Assembly (NCBI GenBank): GCA_054600435.1
Contig: BAAIJX010000043.1
Span: 62,001-126,000 of the forward strand
Source of the DNA: Neophaeotheca triangularis
Taxonomy: Eukaryota
Direction of reading: 5' to 3'
DNA: 64,000 nucleotides
A program made the position numbers and the translations under genes. This document shows, piece by piece, positions 60,375 to 64,000 of the stretch. The notes below the pieces were generated by a model. That model was given only the letters and a program-made list of their open reading frames with translations. It had not been told where the DNA came from and did not search any database. Each line of letters begins with the position of its first letter. Positions within the stretch are counted from its first letter, which is position 1.

Positions 60375-62637
60375 TCAGTCAACCTTGACTGCGCCGTACA
60401 GCCTCCGGACAAAAGCATACGCTGTCAAATACCCAACAGTGCCCATGAGCAGCCCATAAGTCGCGCAAGCCAGGAAGCTGTAAGCAAAGAACAGCAGAGT
60501 CGAAGCGACGCCCGTGATATGGAGGTGGTTGAAGTAGTAGTAGACGCAATAGGCGAAAACCCAAACAGCGGAGCCGGAGCCCATAAAGAAGGCTTGGAAA
60601 TGCCAATTGTGGTTCTGCAATGAGTGTTAGCAAAGCTCGCCGACATGCCGTTCCGAAAGACAGAGTTCCGTACCTCGTTGCAAAGCATAATGTAGACGCC
60701 GACGACCGTCGTCTCCATTACTACAACCACCAGGATGGCGATGACAACGCCCAAGAAGCCAAAGACGTAGTAGTATCCGCTCTTGTCTTGCCACATGCTC
60801 CTGAAGACGAATAGCAGTTCGACGAAGATCACGGCAAACGGTACAAGTCCGGCAAGCAAAACGCTTTGGAGACCCCGAGCGCACCAAGGCTGAACCGGGA
60901 TTTGTCTGGGGACAGCATTCGTCTTGATCGGATGAGTGTAGGCACCAACCTTGACGAAGCCGACGAAGGAGCCCATGTAGACCAGCGGAAGCTGGATGAC
61001 CAACCAGAGAGTGAGGAGGAGTACGAGACTGCCAAGCGGGATCGCCGTACTAGAAGATTGCGCCCATACGAAGAGATTGAGAACGAAGACTGTCGTAAAG
61101 AGCAGACCGGGAAAGAGGGTTGCAGTGAGAATGGCATTGTGCCTCCAGTTGGCGCCACCAAAAGTCCTGTAGACTCTTGCACTGAAGTACCCGCTGAAGG
61201 CGCCGGTTAGGATGAAAAGCGCAATTCCAACAGAGATGAAGCCACCACGGAACGAAGGATTCAAAATGCCGAAACAGCTGAGAGCGAGCAAGCCGAACAT
61301 CATGATCGCGAGCTGACTGCCGCTTCCAATCAACGGGGCCAGAATATTTCCATGAGCAGGAGGGCGAAAGACGTCGCCATGGCACAGCTTCCAGCCAGTG
61401 AGATCCTCCATAGCCGTTTCTTCGTCTGAAAGATCATCGGGGCCAGCTCCTGGAGTGCTATCGTCGTTCTGATCCAACAGACCTCCCTTTTCGCTACTCT
61501 TTCGTGGAGACCGAGTGCGTTTTGAGCCAATGCGCAGCTTGCCATCTTCGAGACCTGCCTGATTATAGCCTTTCATATCGCCACGGACGGTGCGAGCAAA
61601 GATGACGGCTACAACGGCAGTCAGTAAGCCAGAAATGACTAGAGAATTGACAATGGCGAGCCAGTGGATGTGACTGCTGTCATCTTGGTTGACGAAATAG
61701 AGATCCCAACGGTTGCTCCAAGAAAGCTTTTCCTCTTCGCGGAAGTAGACGCTATAAGTGTAAGGAATGGTAATTGTTGCGTCCTCGGCAGCTTGATGAT
61801 TCTCAGAGGAACTCCCGTCGCGCGATTTGGTACCGTTGGTCAGATTCTGTGCCATGGTGAGCTCCAGACCGTTATGGATACCATGGAGGTCAGAAGGAAG
61901 GCCAGTAGCATCACGATTCTCAGCCTCGATACTCTTGGCGTAAACTTCAAAGCCTACAATGACCTTCTTGCCGTGTTGTCCGTCTCGTCCAGGGGCCTTG
62001 TGGTAGCGAAGAACGAGCGTGACATGATTGTTGATATAGTACCGCGGCTGCCCGGTCTTTGGGGAGAAGTCTTCGTAGCCCATTTTGAAACCCGCTGCGT
62101 AGTATTTCCTGCTCTTGTCGACCGTGACGAAGCTGGTGGCCCCTGGCAAGTTGTCCACAATCCACTCAGCGACGTAGCCTTGCTTCACAATCTCAATTGC
62201 CTTCCTCAGACCTGCTCGGTCGACCTGATGCGAGCAGAGGTAATGTGCCTCGTCGTCCTTGCCCATCTCAAGCTCGTAGTCCGACACCATGATACGATCT
62301 CCCCTAAGGACCTCCCCAATGTTGAGGCCAATGTTGGCGCCAGAAACGAGGCCGGTGCCGTGGCGCTTGCGACCGCTCGGAGGACATACAAATGGAAGCT
62401 CGGAGAAGGCGTATTGGATCTGGGTGTTGTCGCTGTAGACCTTGTTGACCATGAGGGGGATCGTCTCGCCATCGCTATACGACTTTATTGACCAGCCTGC
62501 AGTGCACTGTCAGCGGGTGGGTGACCTCGTAGCGGATGAGGCAATGGCTTACCGGGTATGTAAAAGGCCTGAGCGAGCTGTAAGAACAGCAGTAATACTG
62601 TCCAAGAAGCCATTGCTAAACGACAGTGTGCGGCCAT
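60375..62637 (-). CDS. Transmembrane 9 superfamily (EMP70/nonaspanin) protein, TMN3-like; exons 62637-62553, 62496-60674, 60614-60375
   Basis: Signal peptide plus AFYIPG|WS, NIGEVLRGDRI, WIVDNLP, IHWLAIVNS, GWKLCHGDVFRPP, multiple TM segments and C-terminal YGAVKVD. Confidence 0.93.
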
Positions 62638-62831
62638 GAAAGATAGTGAAGGGGTTGCGCGCTTTCCAAGGCCAATCAGACAGTTGGAATGATCAAGTCA
62701 GGATTCATGCGATGAAGCAAGGTAGGGTACCTCGTAGTGTCTCGCCCTTCAACACAATCCTCCCTCGTCTGAATGATAAGACGTTGGTGGGGCGGATAAT
62801 TGCAGGAGGACAGATGGAAAAAGCAGAGCAG

Positions 62832-63116
62832 GGTAAGGTAAGGTAAGGTAAGGTAGAGCAGGAAGAATTGCCGACGCGCAGAAGGAGACCAGAGCTGACG
62901 AGGACGACTGTCTCCAGATTCCTCTTGCCGTCGGGTGTTGCAGCTCGTGCTTACCCAATCTTTTTCTACCAAGCGGACGCCGAGGATGATAATGTATGAG
63001 ATGATAATATGAGATGATAAGTATGATATGAGATGAGGTGTGTACCTTAACGAACGGAATCGGCAACAGAGCGCCCGGCGAGGCAAGGCAAGGCAAGGCA
63101 AGGCGAGGCAAGGCAA
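62832..63116. repeat. Short pentanucleotide repeats (GGTAA)n at 62832-62855 and (AGGCA)n at 63081-63116
   Basis: Read directly. Confidence 0.8.
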
Positions 63117-63580
63117 GAGGACAAAGGACGAACGGTTCGCGACAAGAGGTGCAGCATGCAGTCAGTAGTAGTACTATCATTATCGCTTGCGCAAGCTTCA
63201 CCCTGACACGCCGCCAACGCTGCCACATGCAGTTAGCGGACGATGGGAGAAGCTTGACCTCCTGATCCCGTCCCAAACCTTAACATCCACCTTGCCACCA
63301 TCCTCCTACAGGCCACAATCCTCCGCACGGGAAGGGTCTAGATTACCTACAGCACTACAATTAGTTACCTCCCTTAGCACTCTTGTTATTGGTATTAATT
63401 GGGAACCTCACATGACCTCGGGACGCTTCAAACATGATTATTGATTACGTTGCAAATTCAAGTTTTTCAAGAAGAGGCATTAATTCCAATCTATCACCAC
63501 CCAGGAAAAAGGAAAGTACACCTTCACAATCCGACCTTCTTACAACACTCCCCACTCTTTACCCCCCATAAGTCTCCCAT

Positions 63581-64000
63581 CTACTCCTCCCTCGCCCTCC
63601 CTTTCCCCTTCCACTCACTCCTCGCCCCCTCAAAGTCGCGCTGATACCTCGCCTGCTCCTCCGAATTGTCCGGCTCCTCAAACCTCCACTGCGCGCGATG
63701 AAGACTCACCTCGCTACCGTCCGAGCTCGCGGGCCTGTGCACAGCCGTCCACTGCGCGACGCCATCGTCGCCGAAATGCGTGTCGACAATGACTTCGGGC
63801 TCGTCCCACCACAGACCACGAGAGTTGGGGGCGGGGCGCTCGTCGATCATGCGGTTGATTCTGTGCGCGTCGGCGATGGCTTGGGGCACCTTTTCCGCCG
63901 GGACGCTGGGGACGTGGTTGAGGATTTGCTGGGTGATTTGGCTGCGGGGTCGGTTAGGTTGCGTGCCTGCTAGGCGGCCTTTGAGGATTAGTGGGGAGGG
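63581..64000 (-). CDS. 3' end of a hypothetical protein truncated by the window edge
   Basis: The frame is open from 64000 to the stop at 63581 (..QILNHVPSVPAEKVPQAIADAHRINRMIDERP..WKGKGRAREE). No family recognised. Confidence 0.6.
   Translation of the reverse strand, partial: PSPLILKGRLAGTQPNRPRSQITQQILNHVPSVPAEKVPQAIADAHRINRMIDERPAPNSRGLWWDEPEVIVDTHFGDDGVAQWTAVHRPASSDGSEVSLHRAQWRFEEPDNSEEQARYQRDFEGARSEWKGKGRAREE

Noticed and set aside
165..63973. Numerous short or antisense ORFs in the six-frame track (e.g. 202-810, 3952-4539, 31307-31972, 58422-59591, 61664-62491)
   Set aside because: They are shadows of real genes or chance ORFs in GC-rich DNA, with no motifs or splice support.

Overview
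Eukaryotic, intron-containing DNA from a filamentous ascomycete; gene families and style suggest a Dothideomycete (Mycosphaerellales/Capnodiales-like), which is inference only. It is a gene-dense core region with about 25 protein-coding genes, most rebuilt here from GT..CTRAY..AG introns. In order: amidase, conserved hypothetical, WDR89-like WD40, BTB-like protein, secreted M6-family metalloprotease, NADP-dependent alkenal reductase, Maf-like pyrophosphatase, hypothetical, PAS-containing hybrid histidine kinase, LaeA-type methyltransferase behind a ~4.5 kb non-coding stretch, rhomboid, TFIIA large subunit, alpha-arrestin, complex I NDUFB8, SWR1, Rieske/FAD AIF-like reductase, atypical BCP-like peroxiredoxin, F-box-like protein, an EthD-barrel gene absent from the ORF track, NIK1/OS-1 kinase, RMD8-like, degenerate SDR-like, TM9SF/TMN3 and a truncated ORF. 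I found no transposon, CRISPR array, rRNA or tRNA, and I cannot demonstrate a clearly new system. The best leads are regulatory: a strong-context uORF overlapping the laeA start, a TACCTA/AGGTA motif family seen repeatedly in intergenic DNA, a possible non-AUG N-terminal extension on the conserved hypothetical gene, a long structured TFIIA intron, and a divergent AIF/peroxiredoxin pair that may be dual-targeted.
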